From an uncultured Clostridia bacterium (lineage in GTDB: Bacteria; Bacillota; Clostridia; Christensenellales; CAG-917), in NCBI GenBank assembly GCA_963545485.1, contig CAUUJG010000005.1:5890-69889 (forward strand): DNA of 64,000 nucleotides, in the 5' to 3' direction. This document shows, one piece after another, positions 38,101 to 47,480 of this stretch (its first letter is position 1; every line of letters begins with the position of its first letter). Made by a program: the position numbers and the translations under genes. The notes under the pieces are model-generated. The model was not told where the DNA came from. It did not search any database and worked only from the letters and a program-made list of their open reading frames with translations.

Positions 38101-38359
38101 GGCTAATATATTCATTAAGGTGTTTCGCATAAAGTGTCTCTACTGATCTTGTACTTGCGAAATCCCAACATAATCCCATCTTTCCTTGATTTTTATTTAA
38201 TACATAATAGTCATCAAGAATTGAATAGTAACCTGGCAAAGATGCTTCTGATCCCGCCTGTTGTGGTCTTAGTCCCATACCTAATGTCGCTATTATCGCT
38301 ATAATACAAATTATTAAAATCAAAAAACTACTAATTCTACTTTTTTTCATAAATTCCAA
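35195..38359 (-). CDS. large membrane-anchored surface protein with an N-terminal papain-like (C1) peptidase domain
   Basis: 1054 aa with an N-terminal signal/TM. It has QGKMGLCWDFAS (Cys), DHAISLIGFDDE (His) and GMNSNS (Asn) blocks. A long beta-rich region follows, then a C-terminal TM (AVAGITISIVALIGITVAIIIVIL) and a basic tail. Confidence 0.65.
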   Translation of the reverse strand: MEFMKKSRISSFLILIICIIAIIATLGMGLRPQQAGSEASLPGYYSILDDYYVLNKNQGKMGLCWDFASTRSVETLYAKHLNEYISLSEAGYAFYTKEVGSGSPFSTHHYAMSRDEDRDDDEKDGFSYFENQFPYELLFYANGNPRKNKGTAKRINSYLNKLKLKGLGEMIEPVRISGENKVAKIKKHIYHESSVFYEIKNYIYKLNTLNSGETVNLEEKKPSANEDHAISLIGFDDEYKYEFKGKTYKGAFIGMNSNSYHKGDSVVYVPYKYVENADNQLDVAGYRFVNKGEQVISERGPVDYVDNKIVNKNNSSVNFVSEQGKFKNNNIFTKNQKINITYKAPGSDELNIQVLDGNKDITHKFNINVFGNSISVIQKEDNSLASKSYNVKIEYNKSGQKHVQYRQLHIVDFAEFLATNSSNNHLNMTTYQHVDSEKPITVINEESTKGTLTLKPTLYSEIKEYNFDGKGDKPFVKKNGEAKIEIPFDEQKEQVVYKKIVFTLNDNSKVERILRLVWIANEKTTFAGVFGRHYGIKDKYVRNYPDILTPISYDATSEYSKLDVGIFGSGADEQKVVQLIDKDGNKEIINIDEVGRFKKFNSEGGLNKYQYQETNRATKGMSLEERRQYQYVFFLDFQHNFTFDELGVDIKGKTKYTTLDEVKLDDYEVTVSNGDPANVQLLRVLEKKVEYNTKQLTFFVKYQDKEYKVVKEISVSKKQLLFDNSQITSMLRYSGQVQNFARGNDIYEFINAEQKNIGSYQVGVSHKDKNFTFADGDIHYETCMITEPEIEIMEVIYNKTLHTEDVVLIEKVTAKINGGIETFIENIKVNYPMGTYLFATTKSVELIFNFYDYQIKYKLNINVQKKKIKVPEYIQEYEYSGKEIEPIYANKYYNSSADKGLNVGEYSITFEISDKDNYVFANEKNVVYGKYKIIPIDPKYTFEKGKFDFEDGLRAEYFDEKDNIWKEYNKEKRLEGKVRMRVKGNKNYNEITLDFGKLQYKKKKTRDNKNSQTNTKLSKGAVAGITISIVALIGITVAIIIVILRKNDKERGKK

Positions 38360-38725
38360 TTATCACTACTTTAATATTTTTCATTACAATCTATTTTTAA
38401 TGTAAGATTATTTTACTCTATTTTATTTATGTTTCCTTATTTTAAATATATCGTCAATCATTTTCCTTTTGTATCAAACAATCTATGTCGACAAAATATA
38501 TATCTAAAATTCCACAGATGAAAACTTAAATTACTGCACTCTATCCACTATTATACAAACTAATTAAATTATATAATATCTTTTGAATTTATTATTCGAT
38601 TACTTATCCTCAGTATCTGATAATCACATTTCGCACTGACTCACAAAGAATAGAAACATTCGTATACTACCTAACAAAATTATATATTTTAAGCATTGAA
38701 TATTTTTTAATTTGTTTTTATTTTA

Positions 38726-39067
38726 TCAGTTTAGACTGCCTGTTTTGACTAAATTTACATTCAAATCAAGAATATTATTTATTACGACATCACCTTGGTC
38801 TAAATTATCTTCTGCTCTGACTGTTTTGAGACATTCCATCAAGTCTTTTATTTTATTTTTTGGAATCAAATCGTTTGTTTTAACCGATATAACCCTATTT
38901 GTTCTTGTAAATACAAGTGATGTAAAGGACCGCATTGGACATGTATACTCTGCAATGCCGTATATTTCACCTCGCTTACAGCTATTCCCTGCAACTACAA
39001 TTTTTCCTTCTCTTTCAATTATTTTTAAACTACATCCAATGGGACACATTATGCAAGTTGTTTCCAT
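38726..39067 (-). CDS. DUF1667 domain protein
   Basis: 113 aa with CIMCPIGC...GNSCKRGE Cys motifs. It sits in the typical position after two FAD oxidoreductases. Confidence 0.75.
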   Translation of the reverse strand: METTCIMCPIGCSLKIIEREGKIVVAGNSCKRGEIYGIAEYTCPMRSFTSLVFTRTNRVISVKTNDLIPKNKIKDLMECLKTVRAEDNLDQGDVVINNILDLNVNLVKTGSLN

Positions 39068-40305
39068 TATTCACCTTCAACATTTATATAAATATCAGAA
39101 GTAAAATTACATGATACAGTTATCTTTTCCATTTCTCCGGGAGATAAAACTAAATAACTTTTTGAAAATACAACTTCATCTTTCATTCTCACTTTCAACT
39201 TTGCCTTCTTAATTACCTTATTAACTCTAAAATAAATATCTACTTTTTTATCCCCTTTATGTATCATTTCTGGGAGTGCATAAATAAGGTTGCTGTCTGG
39301 ATGAACTTCTATCATATCTCCATGAATGTATTCGCCTTTCGCATACTTGGCTGCATTCATTCCCGCTATAGCTGATTCATTACTTACATTATCAACAAGA
39401 TCATGAACATGAAGAGTATTACCACAAACAAAAACTCCATCAATAGATGTCATTCTATTTTCATCTACAAGTACACTTTTTGTAACGGCACATTGTTTTG
39501 CTCCCATCTTCTTTAAAATCTCACAATATGGTATTAATCCAACTGACAACAACAATGTATCTGCCTTAATACTTTTTTCTTTCCCCATAATAGGCTGCTT
39601 ATTGGCATCCACAGGGGCATACATAATTTCGCTTATTCTTTCTTTTCCCTTTATTCCAGTTACTGTATGTGAGTATAAAATTGGAATATTAAAATCCTCC
39701 AAACACTGCACAATATTCCGCTTCAATCCAGATGAGTAGTCCATCAGTTCTATAACCATTTTGACATTAGCCCCCTCAAGCATCATTCTACGTGCCATAA
39801 TAAGACCTATATCTCCGCTCCCAAGTATCACAATTTCTTTTCCTACGAGATACCCCATGATGTTACAAATCTTTTGAGCAGCACCTGCCGTATATATTCC
39901 ACTTACTCTATCGCCATTTAAAAATATTGAACCAGCACCTCTTTCTCTACATCCGGTTGCAAAGACAACAGCCTTTGCTTTAACTGTTCTATATCCTTCA
40001 CTCTTTGAAATGAATGTCACTTCCTTATCCTTAGATACTGAAGTACAAAGTGTTGAAACCAAAACATCCACATCTGTCTTATTTAACTCATTGATAAACC
40101 TAGAGGCATACTCTGGACCAGTTAATTCTTCTTTAAAATAATGGAGTCCAAATCCTGCATGTATGCACTGATTTAAAATTCCTCCAAGAGTATCTTCCGA
40201 CTCAATAAGTAAGGTGAGACAATTATTTTTTGAACTCTCGATAGCTGCCGCCAAACCGGCTGGTCCTCCACCTATTACAACTACATCGTATTCATTTTTA
40301 ATCAT
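39067..40305 (-). CDS. FAD/NAD(P)-dependent pyridine nucleotide-disulfide oxidoreductase
   Basis: 412 aa with VVVIGGGPAGLAAA and a second dinucleotide-binding motif, VILGSGDIGL. Confidence 0.8.
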   Translation of the reverse strand: MIKNEYDVVVIGGGPAGLAAAIESSKNNCLTLLIESEDTLGGILNQCIHAGFGLHYFKEELTGPEYASRFINELNKTDVDVLVSTLCTSVSKDKEVTFISKSEGYRTVKAKAVVFATGCRERGAGSIFLNGDRVSGIYTAGAAQKICNIMGYLVGKEIVILGSGDIGLIMARRMMLEGANVKMVIELMDYSSGLKRNIVQCLEDFNIPILYSHTVTGIKGKERISEIMYAPVDANKQPIMGKEKSIKADTLLLSVGLIPYCEILKKMGAKQCAVTKSVLVDENRMTSIDGVFVCGNTLHVHDLVDNVSNESAIAGMNAAKYAKGEYIHGDMIEVHPDSNLIYALPEMIHKGDKKVDIYFRVNKVIKKAKLKVRMKDEVVFSKSYLVLSPGEMEKITVSCNFTSDIYINVEGE

Positions 40306-41782
40306 CGGGTAACCCCTTTATTCTAGATACAGCAACTTCACTTCCTATGTTATCTTTTCTTATTTGATCTATAGATATATTTAGTTCTCTTGAAAGTATT
40401 TCTATTATCTTAGGCTGACAAAATCCACCCTGACATTTCCCCATACCTGTTCTGAGTCTTTTTTTAATCGCATCTACCGTCTTTGCTGGAAATGGTGAAT
40501 GAATTGCTTCAACAATTTCATGTTCACTTACCTTTTCACATTTACAAACTATATTCCCCCATGTTTCATCTTGTCTAATTAATTCCGTTGCTTCTTTGGC
40601 TTGCATCTCTACAATTCTTTTCTTTTTAGGCATCTGAACAATTACATCTTTTTTTTCTTTATATTTTCCTTCAAAGGCAATTGCTTTCGAAATATATTTT
40701 GCTATAGCCGGGGCACTTGTTAATCCTGGAGAACAAATTCCAATAGCCATAAAATAATGTTTATCATATTGTGATGCTCCGACTATAAAGTCATCCCCAA
40801 TTATAGTTCTCACTCCAGCATATACTTTTAATGTATTTGCCATGTTCGGTTTTGAGTACATTCTCTTGATTCCTTCAGCTATCTCTTTTATACCTTCTGA
40901 AGTTGTTCGTGCATCCCCCTTTGTCGTTAAAGTTGATGTAGGTCCATATATTACATTCCCATCCGCAGTAGGGGCAACAAGTATGCCCTTTCCTTTTTCT
41001 GTTGGTAAAGGGAAAAGAACTTTAGAAACATTTGCTCTTTCTGATACATCTAACAAACAGTATTCACCTCTTCTATATGTTGTCTCGTAATGTTCATAAT
41101 TTAACATGTCATTAATGTTTGCACCTTCCGCTCCAGCTGCATTGACCAGAAACTTGCATCTCAAAAATCCACGTGGTGCAGATATGCCAAAATAAATGTC
41201 ATCATCCCTTCCACCCTTCAAAAGTGCACAAACTCTATCATCTGTCATGATCTTAGCACCATTAAGCACTGCACGATCCGCATACGCAATCGCTAACTGA
41301 TATGGAGAAACTATTCCTGCCGTTTTTGCATATAACCCATACTTAATATTTGGAGTTAAATTTTTTTCCAATTGGTGCAACTGTTCACCTTCAACAATCT
41401 CAGTCTCCACACCATTTTGTTTACCTTGTTTTTGAAGTTTTATTAAGATATCTTTCTGATCTTCTTCTGCTAATACTAAGGAACCGCATTGCTCGCCTGG
41501 AACATTCAATTCCTTTATTACTTGCCACATCATTTTGTTGCCTTCAACATTATAAAGTGCCTTTAATGTATCCGGATTACAATCATACCCAGCATGTACT
41601 ATTCCGCTATTTGCACCACTTGAACCCGTTGCCACATCATGAGCTTGTTCAATGAGTCCAACTTTCATCTTATATCTTGCCAACGAGTCCAGTATCGCTG
41701 TTCCTATAATGCCACCACCGATTATAAGACAATCAAATTCATTGTCTTTTAATTTTTTCCCCATACATAAATAATTATACAA
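40298..41782 (-). CDS. FAD-dependent glycerol-3-phosphate dehydrogenase/oxidase-like protein with a BFD-like [2Fe-2S] domain
   Basis: 494 aa with CLIIGGGIIGTA (FAD) and a C-terminal CKCEKVSEHEIVEAI...GKCQGGFC (BFD-like) region. Confidence 0.75.
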   Translation of the reverse strand: MYNYLCMGKKLKDNEFDCLIIGGGIIGTAILDSLARYKMKVGLIEQAHDVATGSSGANSGIVHAGYDCNPDTLKALYNVEGNKMMWQVIKELNVPGEQCGSLVLAEEDQKDILIKLQKQGKQNGVETEIVEGEQLHQLEKNLTPNIKYGLYAKTAGIVSPYQLAIAYADRAVLNGAKIMTDDRVCALLKGGRDDDIYFGISAPRGFLRCKFLVNAAGAEGANINDMLNYEHYETTYRRGEYCLLDVSERANVSKVLFPLPTEKGKGILVAPTADGNVIYGPTSTLTTKGDARTTSEGIKEIAEGIKRMYSKPNMANTLKVYAGVRTIIGDDFIVGASQYDKHYFMAIGICSPGLTSAPAIAKYISKAIAFEGKYKEKKDVIVQMPKKKRIVEMQAKEATELIRQDETWGNIVCKCEKVSEHEIVEAIHSPFPAKTVDAIKKRLRTGMGKCQGGFCQPKIIEILSRELNISIDQIRKDNIGSEVAVSRIKGLPDD

Positions 41783-41812
41783 ATGCTCTTTTTTAAAAAC
41801 AATATTGAACTT

Positions 41813-44032
41813 TTAAAAATTATTATCGATAAAGAATGCTACTTTTTTTGTAGTCTCATCCTTACCCATTAATAACTGTTCAACTGTGTACTGTGACACT
41901 CCAATGTACTTCTTTGCCAACCTATCCGACTTAATCATAGGTCCCAACAGCTGACATTTTACATTTTCGTCATTCTTCTCATATATAACACTTTTGCTAC
42001 TTCTGTATAGATTGCATTTTGTCTCATAAGTCATTTCACATTCTAATTTATTATCTTTAAAATATCTTTTTCTAAACGCTGTTGTTCTAACTTCGGCTGT
42101 TACTAAAACTGTTTTCTTAATCTTGATATCTGTTTTCAGCAACTTAATAACCACATCGTTAAATATACCATATCCATATATATGAGCTATATGAGTATAC
42201 CCCTTTGAATTTAAATAATCTCTTATTTCAGTTGCACTGTTCTCATGAGAAATATAATTTGAAGTATTTTCTCCAAATCCCCTGAATAATGGAATTATAA
42301 TATGATATTCGTCTCTCAAACTCTTTACTAAACATGACTGTTCATTTAAATTCGCAAAACTCGGATGACATAATATAATATGTTTTTTTGAACATATACC
42401 AAATTCTTTAAATGCTATCGTCTTACTTTCATCGTTTCTTTTTCTTTCAACATATAGTGAAGATTTTTCTATTATATCTCCAAATGCAGTATATTTGTCT
42501 TTTTTTATTTTTACTAATGCTTGTTTGACAATATTGAACTCATCCTCTATCGACTTCTTTACATCTGGTTTTATCTTTCTGTTTGTTACATACGAAATCA
42601 CAAACAACATTAATGTAGATAAAAGAAATCCTGGGATCAATTCATATACTTGCCATATTCCTCCAAGTCGTGATAATCCATATTTAAACACTACGGTGGT
42701 AACCACTCCGGTTATAATTGATGCCACTGCTCCATACTTGTTAATCTTTTTTGAATAGAGTGAAAATAAAATTACAGGACCAAATGAAGCACCAAGTCCT
42801 CCCCATGCATACTTAACTAATTCAAATATTGAACTATGTTCGTTGAGTGCTATTAAAAATGCAACTATAGCCAAAAGAATAATTAACAACCTTCCAAGTC
42901 TTATCATTTTTTTATCACTTACTTCTTTACCATTCTTTTGCTTAATTTCGTAATATATATCATTCACAACAGCACTAGAGGCAACTAGTAACTGACTGTC
43001 TGCCGTTGACATAACCGCTGCAATAGTTGCTGATATAATTACTCCTGCAAAAATCGGATGAAGCAATTTTGATGAAAGGTCTATAAAAATTCTTTCCGGA
43101 TTATCTGATGATTTAATATATCCAAAAGCCATTATGCCCATAATAATTGTAGCTAACACAGATATGGTCACCCATACTGACGCTATTAATATTGATGACT
43201 TTGTCTTCCTCGAATCTTTAATTGCCATAAACCGAACAAGGACATGAGGCATACCAAAATAACCAAGCCCCCACGCAAGACCTGTAACAACGGTCATCCA
43301 ACTGAATTCATCTCCATGTCTTGGAATTATTGAAAATGCTTTTACCAACGATTCTTTCGTCTGTATTTTTTGTACGGGATCCATTCCTGCTAAAGCTATA
43401 ATAGGAACAGTAACGATCGCAAAGAACATCAACAATCCTTGAAAAAGATCTGTCCAACTTGCAGCAAGAAATCCACCAAGCATAACATATGATGTTATCA
43501 CTGTTACACCAATAACTAACGCTATTTTATAATCAATCCCAAATAGATTTTTAAACAACACAGCACTCGCAGAAAACATAGATGCTGCATAGACTGTAAA
43601 GAAAATACACAATGCAAATGCTGATACAATTTTCAACAAACCTGAGTTTTCTTTAAATCTATTTTTTAAATAACTTGATATTGTCTTTGCATCTCCAGAT
43701 ACCTGGGTATATACTCTCAACCTTTTCGCTACTAAAAGCCAATTCACCATAGTACCAATCAATACCCCTAATGCGGTCCATATTGCCTCTTTTGTCCTTC
43801 CTATATTTGTAAGCATTCCCGCATATGCAAGCCCTGGTAATCCCATAAGCATCCATCCACTCATATCAGATGCTTCTGCCGATAACGCTGTCACCCATGG
43901 ATTAAGTTTTCTTTCACCTAATACAAAATCATCATTTGATATTTTCTTTCGATAAAATATAAATCCGACTACCAACATTGCAGCCATGTAAACAATTAAT
44001 ACAACTAAATTTATAATTTTATCTTTTGTCAT
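41813..44032 (-). CDS. putP: sodium:solute (proline) symporter fused to a ~240-aa cytoplasmic C-terminal domain
   Basis: The first ~490 aa match the SSS/PutP family (ALSAEASDMSGWMLMGLPG...). The C-terminal part resembles an alpha/beta-hydrolase fold but has GYGIF where the GxSxG elbow would be. Confidence 0.75.
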   Translation of the reverse strand: MTKDKIINLVVLIVYMAAMLVVGFIFYRKKISNDDFVLGERKLNPWVTALSAEASDMSGWMLMGLPGLAYAGMLTNIGRTKEAIWTALGVLIGTMVNWLLVAKRLRVYTQVSGDAKTISSYLKNRFKENSGLLKIVSAFALCIFFTVYAASMFSASAVLFKNLFGIDYKIALVIGVTVITSYVMLGGFLAASWTDLFQGLLMFFAIVTVPIIALAGMDPVQKIQTKESLVKAFSIIPRHGDEFSWMTVVTGLAWGLGYFGMPHVLVRFMAIKDSRKTKSSILIASVWVTISVLATIIMGIMAFGYIKSSDNPERIFIDLSSKLLHPIFAGVIISATIAAVMSTADSQLLVASSAVVNDIYYEIKQKNGKEVSDKKMIRLGRLLIILLAIVAFLIALNEHSSIFELVKYAWGGLGASFGPVILFSLYSKKINKYGAVASIITGVVTTVVFKYGLSRLGGIWQVYELIPGFLLSTLMLFVISYVTNRKIKPDVKKSIEDEFNIVKQALVKIKKDKYTAFGDIIEKSSLYVERKRNDESKTIAFKEFGICSKKHIILCHPSFANLNEQSCLVKSLRDEYHIIIPLFRGFGENTSNYISHENSATEIRDYLNSKGYTHIAHIYGYGIFNDVVIKLLKTDIKIKKTVLVTAEVRTTAFRKRYFKDNKLECEMTYETKCNLYRSSKSVIYEKNDENVKCQLLGPMIKSDRLAKKYIGVSQYTVEQLLMGKDETTKKVAFFIDNNF

Positions 44033-44097
44033 TATTCCTTTAATAAAAATGCGAGCTCAATTTATAAACTGACTTTATTCTATGATACAACTACAAT

Positions 44098-45051
44098 TTA
44101 ATCAGATACTGAATATAAAAATGCCGCTCCTATTATGCCTGCATCATTCTTAAGTTCTGAAGTTACAACTTTTACTTCTGGAACATATCCCTTAGCAAAT
44201 TTATGTTCATCAATATACTTTTGAATAGAGTCGGTCAACCTTTTGCCTTCATTTGAAATCGCTCCACCAATAATAATATACTCGGGAACAAATAAAGTAT
44301 GTAATGTCAATGCCCCAATAGCAACATACTTTAAAAATTGCTCTATTATTTGTGTGCCCAGAGGATCGCCTTCTCGTTCCGCTATAAATGCCGTTCTTCC
44401 AGTTCCCTTACCCTCTGTAACTTTTGCAAGAATACTATCTGGATTTTTGTCAATCACTGCTTGTGTCTGCTTTGAAAGTGCTCGTATTGATGCGTATGAT
44501 TCAAAATGTCCTTTCTCTCCGCAACCACATGTTTCGCCATCTACATCAATTATCATATGACCGCCTTCCGAACCAAGGCTTCCTCTACCCTTTAAAGGTC
44601 TACCACTTGAGATTATCCCAGTCCCTATACCAGTACCTATCGTTATAAGAACACAATCTTCACTACCACTCGCTACACCAAACTTTGATTCCGCAAGAAC
44701 TGCACAATTTGCATCATTGCTAACAAATATATTGTTATATTTCAATATATTTTTCAGTTTTTCAACCAAATTGATTTTAACCAGATTTATATTGCAACAA
44801 TACTCAACTGTCCCATGTGAATCATCGCACAATCCAGGTATGCCAATACCTATCGATTTAAGATCAGAAATTTTAAGTTTCCCTTCTTTTAAGGTTTCTT
44901 TTATTAAATTTGCTATATCTTTAATTATATTTTCACAAGATTCATGTGCTCTTGTAGAAGCAACTTTCTTAAGTATAATTTTCCCATCAAGATCTACTAT
45001 GCCAGCTTTAATACTCATTCCACCGACATCAACACCAAGACTATACATCAA
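44098..45051 (-). CDS. glk: ROK-family glucokinase
   Basis: 317 aa with GVDVGGMSIKAG, NDANCA and the Zn motif CGCGEKGHFESYAS. Confidence 0.88.
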   Translation of the reverse strand: MMYSLGVDVGGMSIKAGIVDLDGKIILKKVASTRAHESCENIIKDIANLIKETLKEGKLKISDLKSIGIGIPGLCDDSHGTVEYCCNINLVKINLVEKLKNILKYNNIFVSNDANCAVLAESKFGVASGSEDCVLITIGTGIGTGIISSGRPLKGRGSLGSEGGHMIIDVDGETCGCGEKGHFESYASIRALSKQTQAVIDKNPDSILAKVTEGKGTGRTAFIAEREGDPLGTQIIEQFLKYVAIGALTLHTLFVPEYIIIGGAISNEGKRLTDSIQKYIDEHKFAKGYVPEVKVVTSELKNDAGIIGAAFLYSVSD

Positions 45052-45887
45052 AACTCCGCTGTATCCGGATGCGACCCGTACGCATTTCCTGAATACTTAT
45101 CCAATTTATTTATTTCATCAACCGTTAGCTTAAAATCAAATATATTTATATTTTCAGCTATTCTTTCTTTGTGTACTGATTTAGGTAACGGAACTGTTCC
45201 TTTATCAATACAATATCGTATTAACACTTGAGCCTCTGTCTTCCCATACTTTTTTGCTATATCAAAGATTAATTTTTTCTTAAACTCGTTACCCCTAGCA
45301 ATTGGAGCCCATGCTTGTACAATTAACTTATTCTTCATTGACAAATCAACAGCCTCCTCTTGAATATATCCAACATGAAATTCAATTTGATTAACCATAG
45401 GTTTTACTTCACATTCACTAAGTAATGCTTGCAAATGGTGTGGCAAAGAATTACATACACCGATTGCCTTTATAACCCCTTCTTTATATAATTTTTCAAA
45501 TGCTCTCCATGTATCCAGCAATTTTGTAGGAAACTCCTTTCTGAATGGAAATGGTGCTGGCCAGTGAACTAAATACAAATCTACATAATCTGTGCCAAGC
45601 TTCTTTAAAGATCCAGCAAATGCCTTCAATGTATTATCATATCCTTGATGTGAGTTCCATACTTTAGTTGTTAAAAAGAGCTCTTTTCTATCAATTCCGG
45701 AGCGTCTAATCCCTTCTTTTACTCCATTTTCATTTTGATAAAATTCAGCCGTATCAATCTGTCTATACCCGCACTCTATTGCAATTTTTACTGACTCTGC
45801 ACACACATCTCCATCTGGCGTTAAATATGTTCCAAATCCTATTTCTGGCATTTTATATCCATTAGCTAGAACTTTATTTCCAATCAT
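45048..45887 (-). CDS. aldo/keto reductase
   Basis: 279 aa with MPEIGFGTY, IDTAEFYQNE and YVDLYLVHWP motifs. Confidence 0.9.
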   Translation of the reverse strand: MIGNKVLANGYKMPEIGFGTYLTPDGDVCAESVKIAIECGYRQIDTAEFYQNENGVKEGIRRSGIDRKELFLTTKVWNSHQGYDNTLKAFAGSLKKLGTDYVDLYLVHWPAPFPFRKEFPTKLLDTWRAFEKLYKEGVIKAIGVCNSLPHHLQALLSECEVKPMVNQIEFHVGYIQEEAVDLSMKNKLIVQAWAPIARGNEFKKKLIFDIAKKYGKTEAQVLIRYCIDKGTVPLPKSVHKERIAENINIFDFKLTVDEINKLDKYSGNAYGSHPDTAEF

Positions 45888-46894
45888 ATTATTTTAACCC
45901 CCAACATTTGTGAAAGAACCTTTTTATTATTGAAAAACTTTGTACCTCCAAGAACGGTTGCATTGTCAATATCATTTAATAACGATATTTTTAATTCAAG
46001 TGCTTTCTGAAAATATTCGATCAACCCCGGAATTTTAACAGAATTTCCGGTTAAGAATATTCCTTTTCTAGAAATTTCTGAGGCAAGCTCTGGTGCTGTT
46101 TCAGATATTACCAACATCACAACCTCTATAATGTCATTAATTCTTGGAATAACTGCCTCTCTCATAAATTTTGCCGTCATTGTTAATGTTTTAATCTCAC
46201 CACTCGTTCCACCACCGGTTATTGGATATGAACCATCATCATTTAAATATAAAGATAAGGCTGTTTTCTTTAATGTTTCTATTGTTGTGTTGCCAATCTT
46301 CACTCCATACTGAATGTTTGCTTTATCTATAATTGCCTGATTGAACGCATCTCCTGCAATATTTAGCGTATATCCATTAACAATACCTCTATTAGTTACA
46401 GCACAAACCTCTGTCTTCCCTCCACCAATATCAACAAATAATCCTCCTATCGTTTCTGCTTCTGCTAATAACGAGATTGGAGACTCAACAACAATTATTT
46501 CCTTTATTCCAGCTTTAAAAAAACATTTTTCTACAATTCTTCTTTCTGAATTGCTCATTGCGGATGTTATAGATATGATTGCTTTGATTGTAGGCATCAT
46601 TACTTTTCGGTTATATATTTTTCTTAAAAAAAACTTAACAAGTTTTATAAATATTTCTTCGTTTACGATAATACCTTCTTTAACAGGTTCTACAATATTG
46701 ACTCCGCCCATTGACTTACTAATAATACTAACTGCTGAAAATCCGGCTTCAACTATTTCGTTTTTATTTTTTACTTTTTGGACTATTGCCACACATGGTT
46801 CACATAACAAAAGCCCTGAACCTCTCTGTGCAACTCTGAATGTCTTACTCCCCAAATCAATGGATAACTCTATCATATTTCCCCTTTTAGGCAT
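45884..46894 (-). CDS. mreB: MreB/Mbl-like actin-family protein (divergent)
   Basis: 336 aa with IDLGSKT and FVDIGGGKTEV phosphate-binding motifs and the LTGNSVKIPGL adenosine motif. Confidence 0.7.
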   Translation of the reverse strand: MPKRGNMIELSIDLGSKTFRVAQRGSGLLLCEPCVAIVQKVKNKNEIVEAGFSAVSIISKSMGGVNIVEPVKEGIIVNEEIFIKLVKFFLRKIYNRKVMMPTIKAIISITSAMSNSERRIVEKCFFKAGIKEIIVVESPISLLAEAETIGGLFVDIGGGKTEVCAVTNRGIVNGYTLNIAGDAFNQAIIDKANIQYGVKIGNTTIETLKKTALSLYLNDDGSYPITGGGTSGEIKTLTMTAKFMREAVIPRINDIIEVVMLVISETAPELASEISRKGIFLTGNSVKIPGLIEYFQKALELKISLLNDIDNATVLGGTKFFNNKKVLSQMLGVKII

Positions 46895-46895
46895 T

Positions 46896-47480
46896 CTAAT
46901 CGGCTAATTTTATCATTTTTGCCAATTTTTCTTTTGGTAATCCAACTATATTTGTATAACTACCTATATACTTTTCAACTACTGCACCATCCTGTATTCC
47001 ATAACTGCCAGCTTTATCCAATGGCTGATATTTTTCTATATATTCATCGATCATCTTAGTATTCATTCTCTTTAGCTTAACTCTTGAGCATTTAGTGAAT
47101 GAAATGGTTTTTTTATCACTGAATATCCATACTCCAGTATATACTTTATGCCACCTGCCCGACAATTCTTTAAGTATCCTAAATGCATCTTCCCCATCTC
47201 TTGGTTTTGTATATACTTTATCTTTATATACAATCGTGTCGGCAGATATGACAATGCTATTCTTATTCTCCTTGTACACTTCAATTCCCTTTTTATACGC
47301 AATATCGAGAACCATTTTTCTAGGTCCGATTGCTTTAGTCTTTTCTTCTGTCGGAATTACCTTTTTTTCAAAATTAATACCAAGATCATGAAGAATCTCT
47401 GCCCGCCTTGGAGAATTAGAAGCAAGTATAATATTTTTAGAGAATTTCAAGCCCTTTCCCAAATGCATTTTTAAAATCAT
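46896..47480 (-). CDS. maf: Maf-like nucleoside triphosphate pyrophosphatase
   Basis: ILASNSPRRAEIL and KAGSYGIQ motifs. The exact start is uncertain because it overlaps the ppx end. Confidence 0.88.
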   Translation of the reverse strand: MILKMHLGKGLKFSKNIILASNSPRRAEILHDLGINFEKKVIPTEEKTKAIGPRKMVLDIAYKKGIEVYKENKNSIVISADTIVYKDKVYTKPRDGEDAFRILKELSGRWHKVYTGVWIFSDKKTISFTKCSRVKLKRMNTKMIDEYIEKYQPLDKAGSYGIQDGAVVEKYIGSYTNIVGLPKEKLAKMIKLAD

